Source: a virus
Taxonomy: Duplodnaviria; Caudoviricetes
DNA: 64,000 bases
Virus record (IMG/VR): IMGVR_UViG_3300020151_002511
Coordinates: 1 to 64,000 of that record
Direction: 5' to 3' (one strand)
Shown here: positions 37,613-48,218 of the stretch, piece by piece
Position numbering within the stretch: the stretch's first letter is position 1
How the letters are laid out: every line of letters begins with the position of its first letter
Made by a program: the position numbers and the translations under genes
The notes under the pieces: generated by a model
What the model saw: only the letters and a program-made list of their open reading frames with translations
Databases searched by the model: none
Told to the model about the DNA's origin: nothing

Positions 37613-39698
37613 ATGAGTGACTTTAATTATTCCATAGAAGACCTAACAGATACGTCTTCTATAGCTAGAAAAACTTCTAATAATTTTTATGGAAATCTAC
37701 CTACAGGAGAACCAATTGTTACATCAAATTCTCAATCAGGAGATGCCTCTAGAAGTCTAACTCAAAGAGATCTACAAAGTGTTTTAGCTGGAGATGCACT
37801 ATATAGAAATCCAGCTTTTGCATTGCAGCTGTCAAATCAATCTGTCCAATCTAGTATCAATGGAATATTAGGAAGTGTAGGAGGAGCAGATGCAAATAAT
37901 CTTAAAATACAAGATCCTAACAGTAGCAATCCAAATGCAACCTTAACTCGGAGCTGGAGCTTTTAATCAGATAGTTGCAAAGAGCTCTTTAGGTTCAAAC
38001 TCTTTGCCTTATGGTTCAAGAAATTATCTTCAAGAATTATCTGATAATTTACAAGGAGGATCTGGTTCTCCGGCAACTAGCAATTCTCAAAATCACGAGG
38101 ATTCATCTAACTTTGTTTTTGATCCAACAAATGGTGGAAAATCAGAAGTAAGAGTTTATACATTAAAAGAAGATTTATCTCAAGAAGAGGCATCTATTTT
38201 TGAAGATAAAATTAATGAACTTAAATCAAATAATATTTTAACCAATCATCAAGTTCCTTATAAAACAAAAGCTTTTACAAAATTAGATCAAGGAATAACC
38301 CTTGAAGCAACGGGTGCAATAGGATTCGAGAAGGTAAAAATAGATTCTAGCTTTAATATAGAAAAAGCAAACGGTAAACATATTTACCCATGCGCTAATC
38401 TTATTGAATTTCTTTTAGCAATAAATACACAAATTAAATTAACTGGTGGATTTGATTTGGCTAGACCAACAATGATAGAAGGTAGTGGCGCAATTGAAGA
38501 GGGTAGCAGACTTAATGACCACTCTTGTGGAAGAGGAATAGATTGTTTTCATATTGGAAATAATGATAAAGATATACTTTTTTTAGGTAATGCAAAAGTA
38601 GAGACTAATAAAAAAGCCCTATATATTTTACTAGATGCCATGAATGCATTAGATCCAAGCTTGCTTCCAGATCTTGTTGTTTTTGACGATAGGCTAGCAC
38701 CTGAATTTGGGATAGTAAAGGGTGCACCTGAATTTGGTACACAAGCTGCTGGGGTAAATGGTATTATTCAAAAAAAGTATTCAAGTTTAAAAAAAGTAAA
38801 CTTTGCTGCTAATGCTGTTCACCAAAATCATATTCATATAGCTTTTTCGCCAGAAAGAGCAGGGACTTATCTAGATTACACAATACCTGAACCAGACTCT
38901 GAATGGAGTCCATCTAATCCAGGTGGCACATCTAGTCCTTCTCAGGCATTAATATACGAGCCCGAGTTATACGAAAGTGCAATTAACAACCCAGGCAAGG
39001 TAATAAAAAACAAAAATGCTTTGTATAGGGCTCTTATAGAATTTGGTAAATTTAAACCAGAAACCGCAGCTCTTTTTATGTGTATACCAGAAAGAGAATC
39101 AAATTTTAATTCAGGTGGATTTAATGGCAAGATTAGTACTGGTGATTACTCCTTTGGCATTTGGCAAATAAATGTTTACGGAGAAGGAAATAGCAACTAC
39201 CTTGACAAGATTATTAATGTTCCAACCCTACTTAATGGAAAAATAACTATAAAAAAAGTAAAACTTTTACATTTAGTCTTTAAAGATCATGTTTCTTTAG
39301 GAATTAATACAAAAGAACAAGCAACTGCTAAAATGGAAACTATATTTAGAGAAGAAGGTCGAGAGGGAGGAAGAAATTACGCTAATCCAGCTCTTTTTTA
39401 TCCAGCTGTACAAGTTCAACTTTTAAAATTAATAACTGAGCCTTATATAAAAAGCGATTGGAAATTCTCTCCTTGGGGAGAATACGGTGTATATGGATCA
39501 AAATATGGTTGGATAACAGAATTAAAGTTTAAAACTGCAGTAAAATTTTACGTTGAAAATAATCCTGGAAAAACTGAAGAAGATTTAAAAAAACACTGTG
39601 CACCATTTATAGATAATATGAAAAAATTTAGTCCTGAGGGAGTAAAAGTTTACAACCAATGGTTGAATGGAACAGTTTTCCCCTTTACTGCTAAGTAA
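37613..39698 (+). CDS. Tail-associated peptidoglycan hydrolase (~694 aa): M15-type zinc peptidase-like plus lysozyme/SLT-like domains; joined by +1 shift at CGGA 37949
   Basis: H-x6-D (DHSCGRGID) with HIH, then ERESNF...SFGIWQIN; +1 frame GAGAFNQIVAKSSLGSNSL runs into ORF 38004. Confidence 0.7.
37949..37952 (+). other. CGG-N +1 recoding site 7 (ACT CGGA GCT)
   Basis: Tight window between +1-frame TAA 37944-37946 and 0-frame TAA 37964-37966. Confidence 0.85.
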
Positions 39699-39753
39699 AA
39701 ATAACTCTAAGAAAGTAAAAGTTTATAACCAATGGTTGAATGGAGAAGTTTTC
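39641..39753 (+). repeat. 40-nt imperfect direct repeat (39641-39680 / 39714-39753) duplicating the 3' end of the hydrolase gene
   Basis: agtaaaagtttacaaccaatggttgaatggaacagttttc vs agtaaaagtttataaccaatggttgaatggagaagttttc (3 mismatches). Confidence 0.9.
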
Positions 39754-39754
39754 G

Positions 39755-40118
39755 GTGGTTAATATATATCCTAAATTTGATCAAAAGATTAGTGACCATA
39801 TCACGTCCTCTAGAATGCAGGAACAAAAAACAAGACCTGCAACTGTTACAAGTTATGATAGAATAAGTAACACGATAACTGTAGTTCTGGAATCGCATAG
39901 TTCTAGCATGATAGGTAACATAGTGGATAATATACCTTGTCCGTCTTTTTATCGGAATTCAAATGGTTGCTCCAGAACCAGGAGATAGATGCATAGTGGG
40001 CTTTAGTGATGAAAATGAAAGATCGCCATTTATAGTTAATTTTATAAATGATTTTGGCAATGAACGAAATGTAAACTCTTCCATAGCAAACACTGGAATA
40101 CCAAGGTATATGATCTAA
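39755..40118 (+). CDS. Baseplate spike-like OB-fold protein (gpV/gp5 N-terminal type, ~120 aa), joined by +1 shift at CGGA 39953
   Basis: Fused reading ATVTSYD...TITV...NIPCPSFY-G-IQMVAPEPGDRCIVGF...PFI is a continuous OB-fold pattern; the +1 part ends at TAA 40116-40118, one base before the next ATG; GGAG RBS before GTG 39755. Confidence 0.7.
39953..39956 (+). other. CGG-N +1 recoding site 8 (TAT CGGA ATT)
   Basis: Shift restores a 54-codon C-terminal half missed by the ORF track and fills the gap to 40120. Confidence 0.85.
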
Positions 40119-40119
40119 A

Positions 40120-40776
40120 ATGACCAATAAAAAAATATTAAATAACGCACTAACAACCAATGTAGACAATTTCAACGAATCTCATGAGTTGTCAAAGAGA
40201 TCTTCTTTTTCAAGAAGAGAGGTTGGTTTAACCCATCCTGATACAAGCGCTTTTGTTAGATTGAATGACAAGGGAGACGTAGAAATATTTGCTGGAGAAG
40301 AGCTAGGGATAGTAATTAGTCCTAGCAGTAGGTCAATCTCTATATTTGCTGACGTTGTTAAGATAGTCACAAAAGAAGACTATGGCCTAAGGTGGAATAA
40401 CATGAGCTTTAATTACGCCGGAGATATATACAATGAGCCTTCTTTAGTCCAAACTAGTGAAAAAGAACATAATTCTGGCTTTAATTACGCAGATTACTAC
40501 CTTGATGCACTAGGTGACTATGATGATATAGAAAAATCAGATAATATCACTACTATAACTGGTGATTTTGCTTTCGTTAAAACTCCCTCCGAAAGAAGGG
40601 AAGAATCTCCCACTGTAAATAATCCTTCTGTTATTTCAAAAAATGACATGGTTTTATTGAAAGAGTTTTCTTTAACAAATAGCACTGAAAAAGTTAAATA
40701 CATGACTCAATTACTTGAGTCTGGTTTTACTTTTAGTCAAGCAAGAGAAAAAACAATGAGGGATAAGGGTGTCTGA
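40120..40776 (+). CDS. Hypothetical baseplate-region protein (possible spike beta-strand component)
   Basis: Short beta-strand pattern in the N-terminal half (AFVRLNDKGDVEIFAG..GIVI.P...SISIF); synteny. Confidence 0.45.
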   Translation: MTNKKILNNALTTNVDNFNESHELSKRSSFSRREVGLTHPDTSAFVRLNDKGDVEIFAGEELGIVISPSSRSISIFADVVKIVTKEDYGLRWNNMSFNYAGDIYNEPSLVQTSEKEHNSGFNYADYYLDALGDYDDIEKSDNITTITGDFAFVKTPSERREESPTVNNPSVISKNDMVLLKEFSLTNSTEKVKYMTQLLESGFTFSQAREKTMRDKGV

Positions 40777-41149
40777 TCTATTTCTTACTTTAGACGGAGA
40801 TATTTTAATTAACGGAAATAACGATGTCGCAAGAGTAAATACGTCACTTCAAAATGATGTTCAGCAAGTTTACGTTAGGCTAATGACGGAGCCCGGAGAC
40901 TTCAGTGCTTATCCAAATTTGGGGGTTGATCTCTCAATACTATACGGCATGCCACAGAATCAACAGACTGGTCAGATGGGTAAGAACTTAATACTATCCG
41001 CCTTGAATAGGGAGCAATCATTTAAGGGGAGAAATATTGAAGTTACTGCAGTTCCAACAAGTCCAGATACAATAAGATTTGATATACATGTTCAATCAGG
41101 AAGTAACCAGCCAGTAACTTTAAGTATAAAACAGAACTTAGGAGCATAG
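40769..41149 (+). CDS. gp25/GPW-like baseplate wedge protein
   Basis: 126 aa, DL.L..DGD, Q....RL.TEPGD...YP.LG..L, just upstream of baseplate J. Confidence 0.7.
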   Translation: MSDLFLTLDGDILINGNNDVARVNTSLQNDVQQVYVRLMTEPGDFSAYPNLGVDLSILYGMPQNQQTGQMGKNLILSALNREQSFKGRNIEVTAVPTSPDTIRFDIHVQSGSNQPVTLSIKQNLGA

Positions 41150-41154
41150 TACAA

Positions 41155-42324
41155 ATGGCTATAGTTAACAGTAAAACAAAAGATGAAATTATAGTTAGAA
41201 TTATAAATTCATTAGAGCAAAATGCCAATATAACTGCCACATCTCCAGGTTCTATAGCTAGAGCTTTCGCTGATGCTTTTGGAACTGAAATGTTTTATCT
41301 CTATGAATCTTTTAGAGAATCAGTAAGTCAAGGCAATCTATCAACAGCTTCTGGAAGATCTCTTGATTTAATAGGTGAATTATATAACGTGAGAAGAAAA
41401 GTTCTTTCTGATCAGCTGACCTATGAAAGATCAACAGCAAATATAGAGTTTTTTATTAGCAGCTCTTATCAATCGTCAATTATTATCCCTAAAGGAACCT
41501 TAGTATACAATGATGTTGGCTCATTTAGCTCTTCCCAATATAGCTACAGAGTGGTGCAGGACATAGTTATATTAAGTGGAGTAAGTAAAGCTTACGGTAT
41601 AGTTGAGCCAAACTTCCAATCTAACGAGTATGTAGCATCTGTTGGCACTTTGACTAAGCATAATTATATAGCTCCTCCAGGAATCTTAGTCTTTTGCAAT
41701 AACCCAAAAGAAATATATCCAATTTTAAATTCAGAGTCAGACGATAACTACAGAAGAAGAATACTTTCAGCAGTTAAGGTTAATACTACTGGAACTCTTG
41801 AATCTATAAGATTTGCAGCTCTTTCCGTAAGCGGAGTAAGAGACATAAGGATTAGAGAAGCTACTTATGGCCTTGGTTCTTGCGAGGTTATTATTGTCCC
41901 AGAGGTTCCAGGAAGAATTGGAAACATTCCAACACTTGTAAACCAGGCAATTAACAACATCAGACCACTCGGAATTAGAATGAATGTAACAATAGCAGAT
42001 CCTATTTCCGTTGCTGTAAATGCAACTATATCTCTTCCATTTGGCACCGCAAATAATCTTCAACAAGGTATTCAAAATCAAGCTGCAATATTTGTTAAGA
42101 GGTATTTAAACTCTCTTACGATAGGAGATTTCATTGAAATACAAGAGGTGGAAAGACAAATAAAAATATCTTCCGAATTTATAAAGTCTATCAATATCAC
42201 TTCGATTACAGCTGGCGGAGTAAATATTAATAGAAAAGAATTTAAACCACAAAATGAAAGACAATACATTGTTTCTGGCACAATCAGTATAAACTCTGTT
42301 ATAATTGGTGCATCAAACTACTAA
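41155..42324 (+). CDS. Baseplate J-like protein
   Basis: PGS.AR, TASG..LD.IG...NV.R, IPKGT.V, ESDD.YRRRI, GT..SI..AA..V.GV, RP.GI motifs. Confidence 0.85.
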   Translation: MAIVNSKTKDEIIVRIINSLEQNANITATSPGSIARAFADAFGTEMFYLYESFRESVSQGNLSTASGRSLDLIGELYNVRRKVLSDQLTYERSTANIEFFISSSYQSSIIIPKGTLVYNDVGSFSSSQYSYRVVQDIVILSGVSKAYGIVEPNFQSNEYVASVGTLTKHNYIAPPGILVFCNNPKEIYPILNSESDDNYRRRILSAVKVNTTGTLESIRFAALSVSGVRDIRIREATYGLGSCEVIIVPEVPGRIGNIPTLVNQAINNIRPLGIRMNVTIADPISVAVNATISLPFGTANNLQQGIQNQAAIFVKRYLNSLTIGDFIEIQEVERQIKISSEFIKSINITSITAGGVNINRKEFKPQNERQYIVSGTISINSVIIGASNY

Positions 42325-42340
42325 AGGTTGGTTTAAATTA

Positions 42341-43582
42341 ATGAGTGAAAAATACTTTCTCTTGACAACTACGCATATTGTCAAGGCGCCAAATATGACT
42401 CAGGCAAAAATGACTATAGAAAGAGAAGAAGATTCTCTTGGAGAGACTCTAAAAGAGAGTCTTGACATAAACGAAGTAAGCGTTGCTGAAGCTAGTAAGT
42501 ACATAGGATTCTCTGAAACATCTAGACAAGATGAAGACTATGATTTAACGCAAGATGCAGACTCAGAGTCAGATGGAACTTCTTATAATAATAAGTTTGA
42601 CTTCATCAGAGCTGAGAATAAAAGACTTGCTCGTCTAGCCGAAAAGAATAAAAACGTAAAAGATGAAACTATATTAGCAGTGTATGAAGCTGCTTACTCA
42701 GCATTCTCTGAATTTGAACTTCCTGCAATTAAACAAAAGAATGCTCCGTCTTCTAAAAAGGGAATATCGGAAACAGCAGTGGCAGTTTTTGCAGACTGGC
42801 AACTTGGAAAGGTTACACCTTCTTATAACTCAGAAGTTCTTGCACAAAGAATAGAAGCTTATGCAGAAAAGCTTATTGAGATTACAGACATTCAAAGAAC
42901 GCATCATCCTGTAGATGATCTGCACGTTTGGCTTTTAGGTGACATTGTAGAAGGTGAAGAAATCTTCCCTGGCCAAAGCCATTTAATTGACTCTGGTCTT
43001 TATAGGCAGGTTGGAATTAATGGTCCTGAAATCTTGGGTAACTTTCTTAGAACAGCACTTGAGAACTTTAAGCACGTTCACGTTACAGGGATCATAGGCA
43101 ATCATGGGGCAGTCGGCGGAAGAGCAAGAAAGCAACATGACCCTGAGACAAACATGGACAGATTACTCTATAAGATTGTCCAATTAATCTTCAAAGATGA
43201 ACCAAGAATTACCTTTAATATACCAGATGGTAAAGGTGAGAGAAACTTTTATGCCGTCGATACGATAGGCTCATACAGTTCACTTCTCATTCATGGTGAC
43301 CAAATGCCTGCACCAAGTGCCTCATACGGTTACTATAAAAAGGTAATGGGCTGGAAAGATGGCGCTATCCCGGAGCATTTTGAAGACGTATTTATGGGTC
43401 ATTACCATCAACAGGTAAAGATGACTATAGGTAGTAGTCTTTTAAGAATTTCTGGATCACCAGAAAGTCACAATACATATGCTCAGGAATACTTCTCATC
43501 AATGAGTAGACCATGCCAACACCTAATGTTTGTACACCCAGACAATGGAGTTACCTCAGAGTACTCAATCTGGTTAGACTGA
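42341..43582 (+). CDS. Calcineurin-like metallophosphoesterase (Mre11/PolD-small-subunit-like)
   Basis: ADWQLG, LGDIVEG, GNHG, HGD and GHYH motifs in canonical order; ATG 42341 preferred over TTG 42305. Confidence 0.85.
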   Translation: MSEKYFLLTTTHIVKAPNMTQAKMTIEREEDSLGETLKESLDINEVSVAEASKYIGFSETSRQDEDYDLTQDADSESDGTSYNNKFDFIRAENKRLARLAEKNKNVKDETILAVYEAAYSAFSEFELPAIKQKNAPSSKKGISETAVAVFADWQLGKVTPSYNSEVLAQRIEAYAEKLIEITDIQRTHHPVDDLHVWLLGDIVEGEEIFPGQSHLIDSGLYRQVGINGPEILGNFLRTALENFKHVHVTGIIGNHGAVGGRARKQHDPETNMDRLLYKIVQLIFKDEPRITFNIPDGKGERNFYAVDTIGSYSSLLIHGDQMPAPSASYGYYKKVMGWKDGAIPEHFEDVFMGHYHQQVKMTIGSSLLRISGSPESHNTYAQEYFSSMSRPCQHLMFVHPDNGVTSEYSIWLD

Positions 43583-43607
43583 TTAAAAAATTGAAAGGCA
43601 TCTGTAG

Positions 43608-46600
43608 ATGAAGCAATTTATCATAGCACTTAGGAGTGCAGATTTTGTTAAATCTGGTAAAAGCTGGTCTACAGGTGCTATCGATTTATACCACAATAAA
43701 TGGTATACCAACTACTCTATTTCAAGGTCTAGAAATGGCCTAAATACTATTGGCGATAGAACATTTGTTGGAACAGAAATCCTACAGGATGCTACGCCTA
43801 CCATTGTAGTCGATGGCTCGACTCCAGTAAGCGTTACAAACTATGGCGAAATTGTTCAACAAGCTGGAGTCGTATCATATAATATCTTTGATTATGACCA
43901 AGAGTCTGGTCAATATTATATATATGACTTAATACAAGACTCTTCTCCATTTTACATTCTCAATCCAGATTCTGTAGACTTAGATCTTTTTAGATTTATT
44001 GATACAAAATCAAGAGTAGATATATTAAGCTCTAAGCGGAGCGTTTACTGAATCTCTTAATCAAGATAATCCTACCTATACTTTAATAACCTATGAGTCT
44101 GACTCTACAGAAGGGCCATGGTTAAAGTCTGCTATATCTCAAGACGTAGGAACTCTTTTTATAAAAAATGCTAAAAGATATGTAAGATTTGAATTAGAGA
44201 TAGTATCATTTCTTAACCCTGAAGACGTAGAAGATTATGGATTTGTTCTCCTTGTAGAAGTAGCAGTAGATAATCCAGTATCTCCAGTATTGTCTAGAAC
44301 AACAAAGAAGATTCTTTCAAGATTTCCATCTTGGATGAAAATGTTTTTAGACTCAGAAGATGATGCTACTCCTAGTTTACAACTACCTGAGACTACAGCT
44401 GGAAAATTTGTTAACTCTTTAGTATCAGATTTCCCAGAAAACTTTGAAAAACAAGTAAATCTATTTCAACTAGATAGATTTATCTCAACTTCTGACTTAG
44501 AGCAATCAGCATGGATGTATATCTCCTCAGATGTACCAGCATCAATAGCTAGAGTACTTGGTGACGGAGTGCCCTTAGCAAGAATAGATTCAATAATAGA
44601 TTTATATGAATCTTTAGAAAACGATTATTGCTACTATTATAATGCTCTTGATAGACAGATTCTTACAAAAAAACTATTCAAGGTATTATCTGCTGATGGT
44701 ATCACCTATCAACAAACCCCAACTCTTAAATGGAACTGGTTTGATGAGTTTGCATCTCGTGTTGGAATACAAAGATTATATCTTGAATCAAATGATAGTC
44801 TTAGAAAAAGAACATTAGATGTTTACAAAAATCTTCCTGGACCAACAGTAGAGGCAGTTAAAAAAACCCTAAGAAGAGAGCTTAATATATGGAGTGCCTA
44901 TGGGGCAACTCCTGATTCCGATTACTTAGGAGCAACTCCTGAAATAATTGAAATACAAAATATGGAAAGTTCTAGTCCATACTTTGATGGATACGGTAAG
45001 CCAACATCAAAATTTGTTGACTTTGTAAAAGATATAAATGAAAAGTATCCAACAAACTGGGGATATGTTAAATGGGGCGAAGGATACTGGGACTATGCTG
45101 GCAAAGACCAGCTGAGCATAGGTAGAATTCCTGCAGCTTATGATGATGCAACTCCATTGGGTTTCTACTACCAGCCTGGAGTTGGAGACATTAACGATGC
45201 AAATGTTATTATAAAAGAACCTTTTGAAAATGAGATAGAAGTAGAATCTAGATTCCTTGCTACCGGATTAAGGTATCTTGGAACAGAAGATAACTATGCT
45301 CCAATTAAGGTTGACTATCAGTATTATGGATCGTACGATCAAGATTATTATGAAAATGATAGTGCAACGGTTAACTTTCGATACACGCTAGTCACGCCTC
45401 CTCATGGTTCATATTCTACATCAAAAACTTTCTATTCAGATTTAACATATAAGCCAAAAAATACTTTTTATCCTGGACATCCAGCAAGTCCTGAATTTAA
45501 TGTTATGAACATATTTGACCAGGACGGTTATGCCTACACGCAATATGTATTTAAAGATCTATCTAATGATCAACCATATCTAAATACATCTGCTAATCCA
45601 AATTCAAATAGAATAAATTATTACTATGCAACAAAAGCTTCTGCTACGCCATCGTCTGGTTCTTCTAATTTTGAGATTGGATTTATTGGATCAACCCCTT
45701 CCACTAGCACTATCGGAAGTCCAATCGATTTAGCTACACCAAAGTTCAGTAACAACGGTGCTAATATCAAATTAATTTCAAAAGTTTATAACAAAAAAAG
45801 AGGTTCTTTTACCACATCTCCAAAAATTGATGGCAGTTTTGTTCTTAATGGAATTAATTCTTTTTCTGAATTAAAAGATTTTACACTAGATAAAAATTCA
45901 ATGATGAATACTTTAGTATTCCCGCCTGGAGCAACTCCAGCATATATTCATATTGAAAATGTTAAGCCGGTTGGATACGAAGACAATAGTCTTCTTAATG
46001 TTGCATCTCCCTATATTGGTTATGGTGGAATTTCTACTTACGATTTCCTAGATTACTTAGTCCCAGCCTCGCCTAATATAGTCGCTAAGTATATAAATCC
46101 AAATTTTGCAACACCTCAAAATCACCTTGGTTACATTGGCACATCTGGATCTACAGTAAGTTATTATTTTGCAGATTTAAAGTATCCATATGGATCAACT
46201 CCTGATTCTATTATATTTAGCACGGGGCTATCCTCTACTCCAGTTTATCCATTTAAAGTTGAATCATGGGAAACCTTTGAAGAATATAGCACTCCAATAA
46301 TTCAGGCTTTGGTTAATAAAAATGGAGTAGTAAGATACGATCAAGATAATTGGGATGAAACATTTAGTAAGAATTCAAATATAGTTGGTAGATATGAATT
46401 AAATTACGAAACATTTGACCTTGATCCTGATAATGATTATATTTACAAACTTGAAGCTGTTAACGAAACAGAAGGAGTAGAGCTTTATCTTTCAAAACAA
46501 TATGTTTCTGTTGACAACGAAGATGACATATGGATCTCTAACTCATTAACGGAATATGAAGGTGGAGTTATTGCCGATGTTGAAGTTAGTGCAAATTATA

Positions 46601-48216
46601 CAGGAGTTTATAAGAGTTATATAAATTCAGGCTGGTACAGTCAAAACAGTGAAGATCATTATATATTTTCTAATCCAGTTACAGAAGAATTTTCTACTCC
46701 TGGTTTTAATTTAAATCTATCTAATGTAGCTAGACAAGGTGCTCCAATTATAGTTGAGAGACTTTTTGCCACTCCAACAATGCTATCAGAAGTAGCATTT
46801 TATAATGAGGCTACTCCAACTAGTGTTTCACTAATTAATAATGAAATAGTAAAAGCTAATTTTACCAATGATTTATACCTAGGTTATGAAAACGTTTATG
46901 ACGTAAGAGTAGTAGATAGTATTACCGGCTACGAAATGCTACAAGCTGGATCTAGTTCTACAAGTAATGTAACAGTATTTAGTGGTGCTACTCCAGGAGT
47001 TAGCGATAGGGATTACTCAGTAACCTATAAAGTAAAAGATACATATATTATAGACAATGATCATTTTGACGCACCAAATCAAAAATATGTAACTCGTTTA
47101 GATTTTGATGCCACTCCAAATTCATATTACAAATATAAAGTAACTTATGAAAATTCTATAGCTGGTCATGCAACTCCGATAACCCTTGAAGTAGACCCGA
47201 TGAAACTTTGGGATACAGAAGGTTTTGTATACTTAAGCCATAATGACTATGAATTTGCAGACTTTGATTTGACTTTGAGTCCATCATATATTCTTGATAA
47301 CTCAGATGAATACATGGCTTTAGTAGCTATATCTATAGACGAAAATGGAAATCCAAAACCATATCAAACTTTTACTGTATCTTCTGCAAATCTGCAGTCC
47401 GAATATGCGTACTACACAACTGATATAAACGGTTTTGCATCGGTTATACTTTCTTATTCTGGAGTTATACCAGCTAATTTAACATCAGATACTATAACAG
47501 TTTCAGGTGTTGTCGATGGTTCTGTGCATGCTCATCTAAACTCTCAAACTGAAGGCTTCTCTGAGACACTAAGTTATTCAATATCATCAATATATGAAAA
47601 GGAAATTGAGCTAAAAGCTTTCCCTTTAAACACTATATCTTATGCCGACGGCCTTACGAATAATTATATTACTGGGGTTGTTAGGTCACCTTTTGGTGAT
47701 CCTCAGGTAAATAAAATAGTTTACTGGAGAAAAGGTAGAACATTAAAAGACGTATTTGATGCAACCCCATATTCAAATTATGTAACTACTGATGAATATG
47801 GAATGTTCGAGGTAGGCCCAATTCTATCTATGGATAAATATAATCCTGGAATATGGATAACAGCTTTAGAGACTGAAAACGCAGCAACAGTAAACTATAG
47901 TCCAAATACATTAGCTGGAGATATAGTATATTGGTATGAAAAATATGATAACTTAAGTTACAATTTCAAGGATGCTATATTATATAATCCAAATGTACTA
48001 TATGAAGAGGTAGAGGATATGTATTCTACTCCGTCTTTTACTACCAATTACCACGACGGAAGCTATGCTTCTACGTATGTAGCAACCCCAAATTGGATGC
48101 CACCAAAATGGTACCCAATGTCAAGAAAAACTCAGCATGATATAGGTCTTCTTGGCTCAACTCCTTATTACGTTGCAGATTATTATGAATTAATGAATGA
48201 ATATGAGGAAGATTAA
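43608..48216 (+). CDS. Large baseplate-region virion protein (~1,535 aa) rich in [A/S]TP motifs; joined by +1 shift at CGGA 44037
   Basis: +1 frame is open for 84 codons from 44038 into ORF 44290; WNWFDEFA...GI.RL.LESN..LR.R.L wedge-like motif; ATP motifs on both sides of the shift. Confidence 0.7.
44037..44040 (+). other. CGG-N +1 recoding site 9 (AAG CGGA GCG)
   Basis: Window between +1-frame TAA 44026-44028 and 0-frame TGA 44049-44051. Confidence 0.87.
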
Positions 48217-48218
48217 AA

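Noticed and set aside
39641-39753. Direct repeat as DGR template/variable repeat or CRISPR
   Set aside because: Only two 40-nt copies, mismatches are not adenine-specific, and there is no reverse transcriptase, cas gene or spacer array in the window.
44052-44289. Apparent non-coding gaps (also 56368-56588 and 39989-40119) as introns or ncRNA
   Set aside because: They are fully accounted for as coding sequence once the CGG-N shifts are applied.
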